NCBI GenBank assembly: GCA_034439715.1
Contig: JAWXAY010000043.1
Span: 18,261-82,260 of the forward strand
DNA: 64,000 nucleotides
Direction: 5' to 3'
Source: Pseudomonadota bacterium
Lineage (GTDB): Bacteria; Bdellovibrionota; Bdellovibrionia; Bdellovibrionales; SG-bin7
In this document: piece after piece, positions 49,005 to 59,783 of the stretch
Numbering within the stretch: the stretch's first letter is position 1
Layout: the number at the start of each line of letters is the position of its first letter
Translations under genes and position numbers: made by a program
The notes under the pieces: generated by a model
What the model saw: only the letters and a program-made list of their open reading frames with translations
Database searches by the model: none
Told to the model about the DNA's origin: nothing

Positions 49005-50336
49005 TTGGATAATATTGAAAATTTTGGAGTCTATATCTCCACTTATGGCTGCCAGATGAACGTTAACGACACTGAAAGAATGTATTCTTTGCTTGAGATG
49101 ATGAATTACAGCGAAGTTAAAGAGCCCAAAGAGGCTGATTTGATAATAATTAATTCCTGTAGTGTGCGCGAGAAACCAGTTCATAAGGTTCATTCCGAGG
49201 TGGGGCGCTATAAAAAACTTAAAGAACACAATCCTAAACTTAGGATCGGTGTTAGCGGGTGTGTGGCACAACAAGAGAAGGCAAAGCTACTAGCTGACAT
49301 TCCCTTGTTGGATTTTGTTGTCGGTACTGACAATATTGACTCTCTCCCTCAAATCGTCCGAGATCTCAATTCAAATATATCGAAGGCGCCAAAAATAAAT
49401 GTAACTGATTTTAAACATCGAGACGCTTACCATATTGAAACATTAGTTAGAAATCCCGGCGTGTCGACGTTTATTAATATCACTAAAGGCTGTGATAATT
49501 TTTGTAGTTTTTGTGTGGTGCCGTTTACTCGTGGGCGAGAACGATCTCGGCCCCTTAAAATGCTCTTGCAAGACATAAGCGTGCTTACAAAAAGAGGAGT
49601 CAAAGAAACTACCCTCTTAGGCCAGAATGTTAATTCCTATGAGTCAGATTGTGGAGCTAACTTTGCCACGCTTTTAGAAAGGGTCTGTTTAGAAACTGAC
49701 CTGCAACGTGTTCGCTACACTACCAGCCATCCGAAAGATTTTAATCAGGAACTTGTAGATGTAATGCAGAGACACAGTAAAAAGTTAGGGGCCTATGTTC
49801 ACCTGCCTGCACAAAGCGGAAGTACAGAAATTTTAAAAAATATGAACCGCGGCTACACTCGGGAAGAGTACTTAGAAAAAATTAGCATGATACGAAAGGC
49901 GTTGCCAGATGTTTCATTTTCTACCGATTTAATCATTGGCTTTCCGGGGGAAACTGAGGAGCAGTTTCAAGAAACCGTATCGCTCTTAGGCGAGGTGGGT
50001 TACGAAACCATTTTCGCCTTCAAGTACAGCCCCAGGCCTTTCACTAAGGCCGCCCGTTTTGAGAATCAGGTCGATGAGGAAGTTAAAACTCGTCGGCTTA
50101 ATGAACTATTTAAACGCCATAAAGAAATTGCCGAGAAAATCGCCGAAAGGTACATGGGCCGAGTTTTAGAAGTTTTGGTTGAAGAACATGATTGTCAGAG
50201 CAACACTGTTTCAGGGCGCTCACTACATAACAAACTTGTGCATTTTAATGGTTCTAAGGATTTGGTTGGGCAACTGGTAAATGTCATCATTACAGAAGCC
50301 TTTCCTCATAATTTAAGGGGAGAACTTATTCAATGA
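49005..50336 (+). CDS. miaB: tRNA-2-methylthio-N6-dimethylallyladenosine synthase MiaB
   Basis: TYGCQMN, NSCSVRE, GCVAQ, radical SAM CDNFCSFC, TSHP, TRAM domain. Confidence 0.97.
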   Translation: MDNIENFGVYISTYGCQMNVNDTERMYSLLEMMNYSEVKEPKEADLIIINSCSVREKPVHKVHSEVGRYKKLKEHNPKLRIGVSGCVAQQEKAKLLADIPLLDFVVGTDNIDSLPQIVRDLNSNISKAPKINVTDFKHRDAYHIETLVRNPGVSTFINITKGCDNFCSFCVVPFTRGRERSRPLKMLLQDISVLTKRGVKETTLLGQNVNSYESDCGANFATLLERVCLETDLQRVRYTTSHPKDFNQELVDVMQRHSKKLGAYVHLPAQSGSTEILKNMNRGYTREEYLEKISMIRKALPDVSFSTDLIIGFPGETEEQFQETVSLLGEVGYETIFAFKYSPRPFTKAARFENQVDEEVKTRRLNELFKRHKEIAEKIAERYMGRVLEVLVEEHDCQSNTVSGRSLHNKLVHFNGSKDLVGQLVNVIITEAFPHNLRGELIQ

Positions 50337-50863
50337 AAAAAAATGTCATTCTGCCAGAGATTTTTCCGAAAGATTTTAAAGAACTTACAAAAAATCACAC
50401 GGATTGGATAGAGCTTTTTCCAAAGGCGCTGACGTTTGGCCAGGACAGTCGACCTCTTTTACTGCTGAAAGATAAAACCGAAGATTACACTCTGCCAGTT
50501 TGGCTGGGTTCTCTAGATGCGGCAGTTGCTACAGTTCAAGAAAACCCCATGGTGCCCGAGTCTTCCCCTCATAAAACAACACTTCAAATTCTGCGGAGTT
50601 TAAACCTAGAGCTGACACACTGTCTGTTTACTGAAGTTACCGGACTCCATCAGTACGTAGAGCTATGTTTTAAAAGTAAAGTGGGAATGGAGCATGTGCG
50701 CTGTCGAGCGGATGAATCGATGTCACTCTGTCTTTTGGCTCGTGCCCGCTTTTTTTCGCCGATCGGAATTATAAGGAAGGCCCAGAAAGTTGATGTCCAC
50801 TTGATAGATGTAGGATTTCAAGAAAAGCAACCGTTAGATCCGAATAATATTTATCTTAACTGA
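50333..50863 (+). CDS. Bifunctional nuclease family protein (DUF151), divergent
   Basis: LLLLKD..LPVWLG, PH, and CRADESMSL resembling RPSDAIAL; commonly found next to miaB. Confidence 0.7.
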   Translation: MKKNVILPEIFPKDFKELTKNHTDWIELFPKALTFGQDSRPLLLLKDKTEDYTLPVWLGSLDAAVATVQENPMVPESSPHKTTLQILRSLNLELTHCLFTEVTGLHQYVELCFKSKVGMEHVRCRADESMSLCLLARARFFSPIGIIRKAQKVDVHLIDVGFQEKQPLDPNNIYLN

Positions 50864-50879
50864 AAAGGGATGAGTCGCG

Positions 50880-51407
50880 ATGGTGTATTCTGGGGTAATT
50901 CCGATTCGAGGCAAGAGTCCTAAAATTGGCGAGGGATGTTACTTAGCTCCCAATTCTTCGGTAATTGGCGATGTGACACTCGGAATGAATTCTTCGGTTT
51001 GGTTTAATGCCGTCGTTCGTGGCGACGTGATGCCGATATCTATTGGTCGTGAGTGTAATATTCAGGATGGAACAATCGTGCATGGCACCTATCAAAAATG
51101 TGGAACGACTTTAGATGACCGCGTAAGCGTTGGACATGGGGTTATTCTCCATGGTTGTACGGTGGGTGCTAACACTCTGATTGGGATGGGAGCGATTTTG
51201 ATGGATAACGTAAGAGTGGGAAAGCTTTGCTTGGTCGGGGCCGGCGCCTTGTTAACAGAAGAGAGCGTTTTTGAAGACGGCTGTCTGATCATCGGAAGTC
51301 CTGCGAAGGTTAAAAGAAAACTAGAACCTTCAGAATTAGATTTTCTTAAAAAATATGCCGATAAATATCTGTTTTATAAATCTTGGTATCAAGAGGAGAA
51401 AAAGTAA
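50880..51407 (+). CDS. Gamma-carbonic anhydrase family protein (YrdA-like)
   Basis: Hexapeptide repeats; VRGD, NIQD, and His triad VH...GHGVILHG. Confidence 0.93.
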   Translation: MVYSGVIPIRGKSPKIGEGCYLAPNSSVIGDVTLGMNSSVWFNAVVRGDVMPISIGRECNIQDGTIVHGTYQKCGTTLDDRVSVGHGVILHGCTVGANTLIGMGAILMDNVRVGKLCLVGAGALLTEESVFEDGCLIIGSPAKVKRKLEPSELDFLKKYADKYLFYKSWYQEEKK

Positions 51408-51409
51408 AA

Positions 51410-52873
51410 ATGCAAACAATGCAATTCCCAGAAGCTTTAACCTTTGATGACATAATGCTTTTGCCCTCCTATTCAGAAGTCTTGCCGACAGAAATTATAA
51501 CAAAATCTTTCTTTGCGCGAGATATTCATTTGGGCACTCCCATTATTTCTGCGGCGATGGACACCGTTACGGAACACAAAGTAGCGCGAATCATGGCCCA
51601 GGAAGGCGGCTTGGGAATTATCCATCGAAACAGTTCTCCCGTAGAACAGGCTCGAGAAGTTGAAAAAGTTAAGAAGTATGAAAGTGGTATGATTGTCGAC
51701 CCCATAACCTTAAGTCCCGAGAGCAAGGTTTCTGAAGCCTTAGGAATAATGCGTGAATATTCTATTGGAGGCGTTCCTATTACGGTCAATAAAAAACTTG
51801 TTGGTATGCTGACAAATCGGGATTTGCGATTTGAAACTAATCTCGCACAACCCATCGCCAATATTATGACAAAAGAAAACTTGGTAACCGTTAGTCCTGG
51901 TACCACCTTAGAAAAGGCCAAAGAGATTTTACAGAAATACAAAATTGAAAAACTCCCAGTGGTCGACAAAAATGGCGATTTAGTAGGACTTATAACGATT
52001 AAAGATATTCAGAAGTCTCAGGCCTATCCCAATGCCACTAAAGACTCTCAAGGCCGGCTTATAGTAGGGGCCGCCTTAGGGGTGGGTCCCCAAGCCATCG
52101 AAAGAGCAGCAGCTCTAATTGAAGCCAAAGTTGATATTTTGGTAGTAGATACGGCGCATGGGCATTCTAAGAATGTGATTTGGACCGTTAAAGAATTATC
52201 CAAAAAATATAAGCACGTCGTTTTGGTAGCGGGTAATGTCGTAACATCTGAAGGAGCTCAAGATTTGTATGATGCTGGCGCTGATGTGGTAAAAGTGGGA
52301 GTTGGGCCTGGCAGCATTTGTACCACGCGCATTGTGGCAGGAGTTGGCGTTCCGCAGATAACGGCAATCATAGAAACGGCCAAGATTGCACGTAAACTCA
52401 AAAAAACTCTTATTTCAGATGGGGGAATTAAATACTCCGGGGACATTACAAAGGCGTTGGCTGTAGGGGCAGATGCGGTCATGGTAGGCGGAGTTTTTGC
52501 AGGATGTGATGAGAGCCCAGGAGAAGTGATTTTGTATCAGGGTCGGTCTTATAAGGTTTACCGTGGTATGGGAAGTTTGGGTGCGTTGGCTACGGGTTCT
52601 AAAGATCGCTATGGCCAGGCAGATGTTTCTGAGTTTGATAAATTAGTTCCCGAAGGAATCGAAGGGAAAGTTCCTTACAAAGGAAGCCTCAGCGCGATTG
52701 TGCATCAATTAGTTGGTGGAGTTAGAAGCGGCATGGGTTATGTTGGGGCAAAGACGGTTCCCGAGTTACAAGAAAAAGCAAAATTTGTAAAGTTAACTTT
52801 ACAAGGTTTACGCGAGTCCCACGTTCACGATGTGATGATTACCAAAGAAGCGCCCAACTACAGGGTTGAGTAA
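51410..52873 (+). CDS. guaB: IMP dehydrogenase
   Basis: [12 protein letters not shown] pair, [29 protein letters not shown]. Confidence 0.99.
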   Translation: MQTMQFPEALTFDDIMLLPSYSEVLPTEIITKSFFARDIHLGTPIISAAMDTVTEHKVARIMAQEGGLGIIHRNSSPVEQAREVEKVKKYESGMIVDPITLSPESKVSEALGIMREYSIGGVPITVNKKLVGMLTNRDLRFETNLAQPIANIMTKENLVTVSPGTTLEKAKEILQKYKIEKLPVVDKNGDLVGLITIKDIQKSQAYPNATKDSQGRLIVGAALGVGPQAIERAAALIEAKVDILVVDTAHGHSKNVIWTVKELSKKYKHVVLVAGNVVTSEGAQDLYDAGADVVKVGVGPGSICTTRIVAGVGVPQITAIIETAKIARKLKKTLISDGGIKYSGDITKALAVGADAVMVGGVFAGCDESPGEVILYQGRSYKVYRGMGSLGALATGSKDRYGQADVSEFDKLVPEGIEGKVPYKGSLSAIVHQLVGGVRSGMGYVGAKTVPELQEKAKFVKLTLQGLRESHVHDVMITKEAPNYRVE

Positions 52874-52876
52874 ATA

Positions 52877-54400
52877 ATGAAAGGTGGAATCGCCATACTT
52901 GATTTTGGTTCTCAGTTCACCCAGCTTATTGCTAGGCGTTTGAGGCAAATTGGCGTTTACACCGAGCTCTACCCCTTTAATGCCGATATAAATAAAATCA
53001 AAAAACAAGAACCAAAAGGAATTATTTTAAGTGGTGGTCCCAATTCAGTAAATGATTTGGATGCGCCTCTGAGAGATGTTGCAGAACTCAGCGAAATTTG
53101 TCCCATCTTGGGGATCTGTTACGGAATGCAATTGATCGCCAAAGTTTATGGAGGAATGGTCGCGAGTGCTCCCCAACGCGAATATGGTCTTAATGAAATT
53201 GAATGGTCAAAGGGAATTGCTGGCGTGCCTGGTAAACAAAAGGTTTGGATGAGTCATGGCGACACCATCGAAGTTCCGCCCCCTGGTTTTGAAGTCGTGG
53301 CGAGGTCTCAAACGGGACATATTGCTGCCATGGTGGACAAAAACATTTGGGCTATCCAGTTTCATCCCGAGGTGTCGCATACCGAACAGGGCATAGAAAT
53401 ACTAAGTACTTTTGCATTTGATGTTTGCAAAGCCCGAAACGATTGGTTGATTCCCAATATTGCTCATGAGCTTATGCGAGACATACAAGGTAAAGTAGGT
53501 CCCAATGAAAAAGTTCTCTGTGCGCTCAGTGGTGGCGTCGACTCTACAGTTGTCGCAGTCCTTTTGACCCGCGCCTTAGGCCGGAACAGAGTGCAGTGTA
53601 TGTTTATCAATAACGGCTTGTTGCGATTAAATGAATTTGAAACAGTAATGAAAAGTTATGCAGCTATGGACCTCAACGTGAGTGGCGTTGACGCGAGCCT
53701 TCAGTTCATCACATCTCTAGAAAACGAAAGAGATCCCGAGAAAAAACGAAAAATCATTGGTCGTTGTTTTATCGATGTTTTTCAAGAGCAAGTAAAGAAC
53801 CTCAAGGATATAGTTTATTTAGCTCAAGGGACTCTCTACCCAGATGTCATTGAAAGTGTTTCTCTTCGTGGACAGTCGGTAACGATCAAGTCGCATCACA
53901 ATGTGGGTGGCCTACCCGATAGCCTTCACTTAAAGTTAATTGAGCCATTAAGAGAGCTCTTTAAAGATGAAGTGAGACAACTGGGCCGAGAAATACTGGT
54001 GCCAGAGGAATTTTTAAAACGTCATCCGTTTCCGGGGCCGGGTTTAGCAGTGAGAATCCTGGGTTCAGTAACAGAAAAAAAAGTACAAATTTTGCAGAAG
54101 GCTGACGATATTTTTATATCAGAACTTAAGAAACAAGGCCTTTACGATGATATCTGGCAAGCGTTCGTAGTTCTTTTGCCGGTTAAATCCGTGGGCGTTC
54201 AAGGTGACGGTCGGACCTATGAACGCACAGTGGTATTGAGGGCAGTAACGTCCCTTGATGGTATGACGGCCGATTGGTTTGAGTTTCCTCCCCGATTTTT
54301 AAAACACGTTTCTAATCGCATCACTAATGAAGTCAAAGGCATTAATCGAGTGGTGTATGATATATCAAGCAAACCTCCAGCCACGATAGAGTGGGAATAA
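52877..54400 (+). CDS. guaA: GMP synthase (glutamine-hydrolysing)
   Basis: LDFGSQ, GICYGMQ, QFHPEV, SGGVDS, KSHHNVGG, KPPATIEWE. Confidence 0.99.
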   Translation: MKGGIAILDFGSQFTQLIARRLRQIGVYTELYPFNADINKIKKQEPKGIILSGGPNSVNDLDAPLRDVAELSEICPILGICYGMQLIAKVYGGMVASAPQREYGLNEIEWSKGIAGVPGKQKVWMSHGDTIEVPPPGFEVVARSQTGHIAAMVDKNIWAIQFHPEVSHTEQGIEILSTFAFDVCKARNDWLIPNIAHELMRDIQGKVGPNEKVLCALSGGVDSTVVAVLLTRALGRNRVQCMFINNGLLRLNEFETVMKSYAAMDLNVSGVDASLQFITSLENERDPEKKRKIIGRCFIDVFQEQVKNLKDIVYLAQGTLYPDVIESVSLRGQSVTIKSHHNVGGLPDSLHLKLIEPLRELFKDEVRQLGREILVPEEFLKRHPFPGPGLAVRILGSVTEKKVQILQKADDIFISELKKQGLYDDIWQAFVVLLPVKSVGVQGDGRTYERTVVLRAVTSLDGMTADWFEFPPRFLKHVSNRITNEVKGINRVVYDISSKPPATIEWE

Positions 54401-54403
54401 ACT

Positions 54404-57400
54404 ATGTCGAAGTTTGTACATTTACATGTTCATTCTCAATACTCATTACTTGAGGCAACGGCACAATTAAAACCCTTGGCACAAAAGGCGAAAGAGTTTG
54501 AAATGCCAGCGTTGGCACTTACTGATAATGGCAATATGTTCGGGGCTATTGAGTTCTATCTCTATGCCAAAGAAAATGGAATAAATGGTATCATCGGACT
54601 CGATGCCTACGTGGCGCCAAAAGGACGATTTGTTAAGGGTGAGGACAAAGAAGTCGCAGATAATCCCTATCGCAAAATGAGTCTCTTAGCCATGAATCAT
54701 GCGGGCTATAAAAATCTCATTCAGATTTGCAGTCTTGGGTACCGAGAAGGTTTTTACTATAAACCAAGAATTGATTATGACCTTTTAAAAAAATATCACG
54801 ACAATCTTATTTTGCTGTCGGGCGGAATTAATGGTGAAATCCCCAAAGTTTTTTCCGAAATTGGCCCCGAACGCGCTCTCGAAAAAATTAGAGAACTTAA
54901 AAATATTTTTCAGGATCGCTTTTATTTAGAATTACTTCGTCCTGGATTGCCTGAGTGGGACGGCATAAATAGCTTTCTGCTAGAAGCCGCTAAAATTACC
55001 GATACCCAGGTTGTGGCGACCAATGATGTCCACTACTTGTTGCAGGATGATCAGATCGCGCAAGAGGTTCTTATATGTATAGGTACGAATAAAACATTAC
55101 ATAATAGTTCACGTTATCGTTTGGGCAGTGAACAGTTTTATTTTAAAACACCTGATGAGATGAGAAAACTATTTAAGGATTTGCCTCAGGCATGTAATAA
55201 CACTGTCGAAATAGCCGATCGCTGCAAGGTTGAATTTAAACTTAAAGATAACTCCGGCAAACCCATTTATCATTTGCCCAGCTTTCCGACAACAGGAGGC
55301 CGCAGTCTTCTAGAGGAGATTAAGGATCTGGCGTATCAAGGCCTTAATGACAGGTTTGAAGAGGCTGAAACTCGTAATGAGGCGGTGGCTGAAGAAGATA
55401 AACCCTCTTACTGGGAACGACTTAAATTTGAACTCAAAGTCATTAACGACATGGGTTTTAATGGTTATTTTCTAATTGTAGGTGACTTTATTAACTGGGC
55501 TAAATCAAAAGATATACCGGTAGGGCCCGGTCGAGGCTCAGGAGCAGGAAGTCTCGTCGCCTATAGTCTTAAGATCACGGACCTCGATCCCGTGAGAAAC
55601 AAACTAGTTTTTGAGAGGTTTTTGAATCCTGAGCGTATTAGTATGCCTGATTTTGATATCGATTTTTGTCAGGATCGTCGCGGCGAGGTGATCAGTTACG
55701 TCACTAAAAAATATGGCGAAGGCAGCGTTTCGCAAATTATTACTTTCGGAAAATTACAAGCGCGGGCAGCGCTTCGAGATGTCGGACGCGTTTTAGGAAT
55801 GACTTTTGCCGAAGTTGACGTCGTAACGAAATTAATTCCTGAAAAACTGGGAATTAATTTAAAAGAAGCCATCGAACTCGAGCCCCGAATTCGAGAATTG
55901 ATTGATGCTGACCCCCAAATTAGCAATCTTTTTGAATTAGCGCTTAAGGTTGAAGGCCTCACGCGCCATGCGGGAATTCACGCGGCAGGCGTTATTATTG
56001 CCGACAGCGAACTCATAAATTATGCACCCTTGTACCGAGGATCTGAAGGCGAAAACGTGGTTCAATACGACATGAAACACGCCGAAAAAATTGGTCTAAT
56101 CAAATTTGACTTCTTAGGACTAAAAACGCTGACCCACATTCACTATGCCCTCGGTCTAATAGCCAAAAATCGCAATAAAAAAATACTGAGCCAAGAAATT
56201 TCACTGTCAGATAAGGGAATCTACGATCTTATTTGTAAGGGTGACACAGCCGGAGTTTTTCAGTTCGAAGGAGACGGTATTACTGGCACCGTTTTGAAAA
56301 TTCAGCCAAATTGTTTTGAAGATATCACGGCTATCAATGCCCTCTATCGTCCGGGTCCCATGGAAATGATTCCTGAATACACTCTGCGCAAAAAGGGTTT
56401 AAAGCCAGTGGAATATGTATTTCCAGAGCTTGCCGAAATTTTGAAAGAAACTTACGGCATTATTGTTTATCAAGAGCAGGTGCAATTAATCGCTGCGCGG
56501 GTTGCCAGTTACTCCTTGGGTGAGGCCGATATATTACGTCGAGCAATGGGTAAAAAAATAGCGAGTGAAATGGCACAACAGAAAAATCGTTTTATAGAGG
56601 GCGCCAAAAAGAACGGATTCAACGCACAGAAATCTGATGAACTATTTAACCTCATGGAAGAATTTGCTAACTATGGATTTAATAAATCTCATGCTGCTGC
56701 ATACTGTGTTATCACGGCTCAAACTGCCTGGATAAAAAACTATTATCCAACCGAGTTTTTCGCGGCTCTTTTAACGACGGAAATGAGCGATACTGATAAG
56801 GTAGGAAAATACGTCAAAGATGCAAAAAAGCGTGGGCTCCAGGTCAAGCCGCCACACATAAACGACTCACAGTATAGATTTACAGTTTCAGGTGATGATA
56901 TTATTTTTGGGCTCGGTGCTATCAAAGGGGTGGGGGAGAGCGCTGTCGAGAATATTTTGGAAGCTAAACGGAAACTTCCTGATCAGAAGTTTCAAAACCT
57001 CGAACAGTTTTTTGAAAACATTGATCTAAGAAAAATTAATAAGAAAGTTATCGAGTGCCTCATTAAGGCCGGAGCCTTTGATAATTTAGGAGCACATAGG
57101 GCTCAACTTTTAAATGGATATAGCAAATTTGTCGATCGCGCCGGGGCGGACCAAGAAAGTCGTGATTTTGGGCAGTCGAGTCTATTTGATCTTTCGCCCC
57201 AAAAAGAAGACGTGGTCGTACTCGATATTATTCCCCAGTGGACTAGGTCCCAAAGGCTTTTGCACGAAAAAGAAGTCTATGGATTTTATCTTACCGAACA
57301 TCCGCTGTCAGGGTATGAGGGAATTCTCTCAAAGCTAACCTCGGGCACTATTTTTGAAGCATCGAGTTTTTCAAATTTAGGTGATGCTAAAAGACCGGTG

Positions 57401-57886
57401 ACTCTCGCAGGTATTGTGACTGGTTTTAAAGAAATCATTACAAAAAAAGGCACGCGCATGGCCTTTGCAACTCTGGAGGACACGAGCGCCAGTATTGAGC
57501 TAGTAGTATTTCCGAATACCTATAAAGAGTGTGAGCCATTATTAAAATCAGAGAAACCTATTATTGTGAGCGGCCAGCTTGAAAAAACAGAAGGTGGCGC
57601 CAAAGTACTTGCAGAAAAAATTGAATTTTTTGAAAAGCGTTTTTTATCCTCAAAGAAATTACTTTTTAAACTCGACGAGGAAATGTTAGAAAAGCTTGAA
57701 GAACTAAAAGATCTAATTATGGAATATCCCGGCGACATCAAGGTTTACTACCAGTTGCCAGTCAAAGACTTTAATAAGACTGTGATTTTTACTCCGCAGT
57801 CGGATAAAGGCGTTAAGCCCACGCAAGAATTTATTGATAAAGTCCACCGTGTTTTTGGTAGGTCAGATTTTATAGATGCTCTGTAA
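54404..57886 (+). CDS. dnaE: DNA polymerase III alpha subunit
   Basis: PHP domain HLHVHSQYS, GPGRGSGAGS, MPDFDIDF, KFDFLGL, YGFNKSH, OB fold. Confidence 0.99.
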   Translation: MSKFVHLHVHSQYSLLEATAQLKPLAQKAKEFEMPALALTDNGNMFGAIEFYLYAKENGINGIIGLDAYVAPKGRFVKGEDKEVADNPYRKMSLLAMNHAGYKNLIQICSLGYREGFYYKPRIDYDLLKKYHDNLILLSGGINGEIPKVFSEIGPERALEKIRELKNIFQDRFYLELLRPGLPEWDGINSFLLEAAKITDTQVVATNDVHYLLQDDQIAQEVLICIGTNKTLHNSSRYRLGSEQFYFKTPDEMRKLFKDLPQACNNTVEIADRCKVEFKLKDNSGKPIYHLPSFPTTGGRSLLEEIKDLAYQGLNDRFEEAETRNEAVAEEDKPSYWERLKFELKVINDMGFNGYFLIVGDFINWAKSKDIPVGPGRGSGAGSLVAYSLKITDLDPVRNKLVFERFLNPERISMPDFDIDFCQDRRGEVISYVTKKYGEGSVSQIITFGKLQARAALRDVGRVLGMTFAEVDVVTKLIPEKLGINLKEAIELEPRIRELIDADPQISNLFELALKVEGLTRHAGIHAAGVIIADSELINYAPLYRGSEGENVVQYDMKHAEKIGLIKFDFLGLKTLTHIHYALGLIAKNRNKKILSQEISLSDKGIYDLICKGDTAGVFQFEGDGITGTVLKIQPNCFEDITAINALYRPGPMEMIPEYTLRKKGLKPVEYVFPELAEILKETYGIIVYQEQVQLIAARVASYSLGEADILRRAMGKKIASEMAQQKNRFIEGAKKNGFNAQKSDELFNLMEEFANYGFNKSHAAAYCVITAQTAWIKNYYPTEFFAALLTTEMSDTDKVGKYVKDAKKRGLQVKPPHINDSQYRFTVSGDDIIFGLGAIKGVGESAVENILEAKRKLPDQKFQNLEQFFENIDLRKINKKVIECLIKAGAFDNLGAHRAQLLNGYSKFVDRAGADQESRDFGQSSLFDLSPQKEDVVVLDIIPQWTRSQRLLHEKEVYGFYLTEHPLSGYEGILSKLTSGTIFEASSFSNLGDAKRPVTLAGIVTGFKEIITKKGTRMAFATLEDTSASIELVVFPNTYKECEPLLKSEKPIIVSGQLEKTEGGAKVLAEKIEFFEKRFLSSKKLLFKLDEEMLEKLEELKDLIMEYPGDIKVYYQLPVKDFNKTVIFTPQSDKGVKPTQEFIDKVHRVFGRSDFIDAL

Positions 57887-58035
57887 ATCGTTTTGTTTGG
57901 CCTAGACCGCGTTTTCTCATTATGGGAAAATCTCAGATTAGGATTATCCTACTTTTCATTTTGTTTTTAATCAAATTTGGGGATTTGAGTTTCGAATTCC
58001 CTGTTAACTGAGATACAATGTAAGGTGAGGGAAGT

Positions 58036-59412
58036 ATGCAGAAATCTACCAGCAAGTATGTTTTAGCGCTACTATTTTTAGCGGTATTACTTACTTATAC
58101 TAATTGTGCCAACGACGGTAAACTTTCCATTAAAGACTTGGCGTCACTGTCAAATGAACAAGTCGAGCCCCCCTTAATTTCGTCAACCCCAGTTCCTCCT
58201 CCGTTGCCTCCTGATCCACCACCACTTTCACCTCCTGCGCCTAATCCCTTTTTAGCTAATGAATTTGGCGGCAGCGGAGCGATGATTAATTCGGGCACAG
58301 CTGGGCAAATTGTTTTGTTTCAAAACGCCAATAATTCTAAACTAATAAATAGAGATGGAGGTGCGACCCAACAGAGCGGAATTAATAACGGCTACGGCAT
58401 GGGCGCCTTTATCGATCCAAAAGATCAGAATAAGACTAAGTTTTTTATTGTTGATCGCAACAACCATCGTATTTTGATTTTTAATCAAGTGCCGACTTCA
58501 ATCGGCAGTGTGCCCGATGTCGTAGTTGGTCAAACAGCATTTACAGGTGGCTTAATCAATGCTGGTCAGGCGGCTGTTAACAGCAGAGGCTTTGCTGGCC
58601 CTACATACGTTTCTGTCTGCGGCGATGGCAAGATGTTAGTGGCAGATCAGGCTAACAATCGTGTGCTCATTTATAATCAGATTCCAAGGGTTTCGGGAGC
58701 TGTAGCTGACATAGTTGTGGGGCAACCTGGCTTAACCTCTAATCTGGCTGGTGCGGGGGCCACAGGACTGGTTACACCTTATGCCGCTTACTGTTTTGAT
58801 AGGAAATTATTTATTATTGATCGTGGTAATCAAAGAATTGTTGTTCATAATATTTTTCCGACCATCAACAATTCCGCTGCTAATTTTGTAATTGGACAAC
58901 CTGATTTTATAACTGTAACGGCAGGCTGTGCTGCCAACAAATTAAACATCGCCTACGAAATAGTGCGCTATAAAAATGAACTCTATGTCGCCGATGGATT
59001 TAATCATCGAGTCTTACGATTTGCGACAGTCCCAACTGCCTTTGGCGCTGTAGCCACAAATGTTATTGGTCAACCGAATTTAACCACTTGCCTGCCAAAT
59101 CGGGGACTGCCGGCGGCAGCGGCCAATACTTTAAATACACCAACCTCTGTAGCAGTGGGCAAGGATACACTCGCAGTGGCTGACTTTGCTAACAACCGAA
59201 TTTTATTTTATAGCCTGCCAGTATTGGCAATCAATTTAAATGCTAAAGGGTTATTGGGCCAGCCTGATTTTATCACAAATCTAAATTACGCTTCAGTAAA
59301 TGCTATGACTGTAAACCGCGCCAAGGGTTTGATTTTTGATGGTAACTACATTTGGATGAATCTCAGCACCGACAACCGAGTCATTAATATGCTGTTGCCG
59401 TTTGTACTGTGA
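58036..59412 (+). CDS. NHL-repeat beta-propeller putative lipoprotein with Pro-rich stalk
   Basis: LLTYTNC lipoprotein-like N-terminus; poly-Pro linker; five D..N.R and V[VI]GQ[PT] repeats. Confidence 0.85.
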   Translation: MQKSTSKYVLALLFLAVLLTYTNCANDGKLSIKDLASLSNEQVEPPLISSTPVPPPLPPDPPPLSPPAPNPFLANEFGGSGAMINSGTAGQIVLFQNANNSKLINRDGGATQQSGINNGYGMGAFIDPKDQNKTKFFIVDRNNHRILIFNQVPTSIGSVPDVVVGQTAFTGGLINAGQAAVNSRGFAGPTYVSVCGDGKMLVADQANNRVLIYNQIPRVSGAVADIVVGQPGLTSNLAGAGATGLVTPYAAYCFDRKLFIIDRGNQRIVVHNIFPTINNSAANFVIGQPDFITVTAGCAANKLNIAYEIVRYKNELYVADGFNHRVLRFATVPTAFGAVATNVIGQPNLTTCLPNRGLPAAAANTLNTPTSVAVGKDTLAVADFANNRILFYSLPVLAINLNAKGLLGQPDFITNLNYASVNAMTVNRAKGLIFDGNYIWMNLSTDNRVINMLLPFVL

Positions 59413-59468
59413 ATCTGACCGACTTGAAAATCTTGACAGGCTGAAACAGTTTTTGATATTAGCTAACC

Positions 59469-59774
59469 ATGCTAGAAAATGAATTTACAGTTCAGATTGA
59501 TTGTATGCTCGAAGATTTGATGCCTGGTTTTTTGCAGAATCGGCAAACCGATATTAGTTCACTTGAAAAAATGTACGCGGCACAGGATCTTGAAGGAATT
59601 AAAAGGCTAGGGCATCACCTTAAAGGGGTAGGGCCCAATTATGGTTTTCAAAAACTGGGAGAAATGGGCGCCGCCATCGAAATTGCCGCTTGTCACGGGA
59701 AACTAGATTCGATTGGTTTGATTATTCAGCGTATGCGAGAATACATGTCTCGTGTCAAAATTCAGTATTGCTAA
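59469..59774 (+). CDS. Hpt (histidine phosphotransfer) protein
   Basis: GHHLKGVGPNYGF Hpt motif; 101-aa helical protein. Confidence 0.9.
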   Translation: MLENEFTVQIDCMLEDLMPGFLQNRQTDISSLEKMYAAQDLEGIKRLGHHLKGVGPNYGFQKLGEMGAAIEIAACHGKLDSIGLIIQRMREYMSRVKIQYC

Positions 59775-59783
59775 CAATGCTAC

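Noticed and set aside
48975..49274. 99-aa minus-strand ORF upstream of the 48415 gene
   Set aside because: Antisense to the conserved miaB N-terminus; no support.
54404..57886. Intein or split in dnaE
   Set aside because: Normal length (1160 aa), contiguous motifs, no splice-junction signature.
58165..58250. CCT/CCA-rich low-complexity DNA
   Set aside because: Explained by the poly-proline linker codons.
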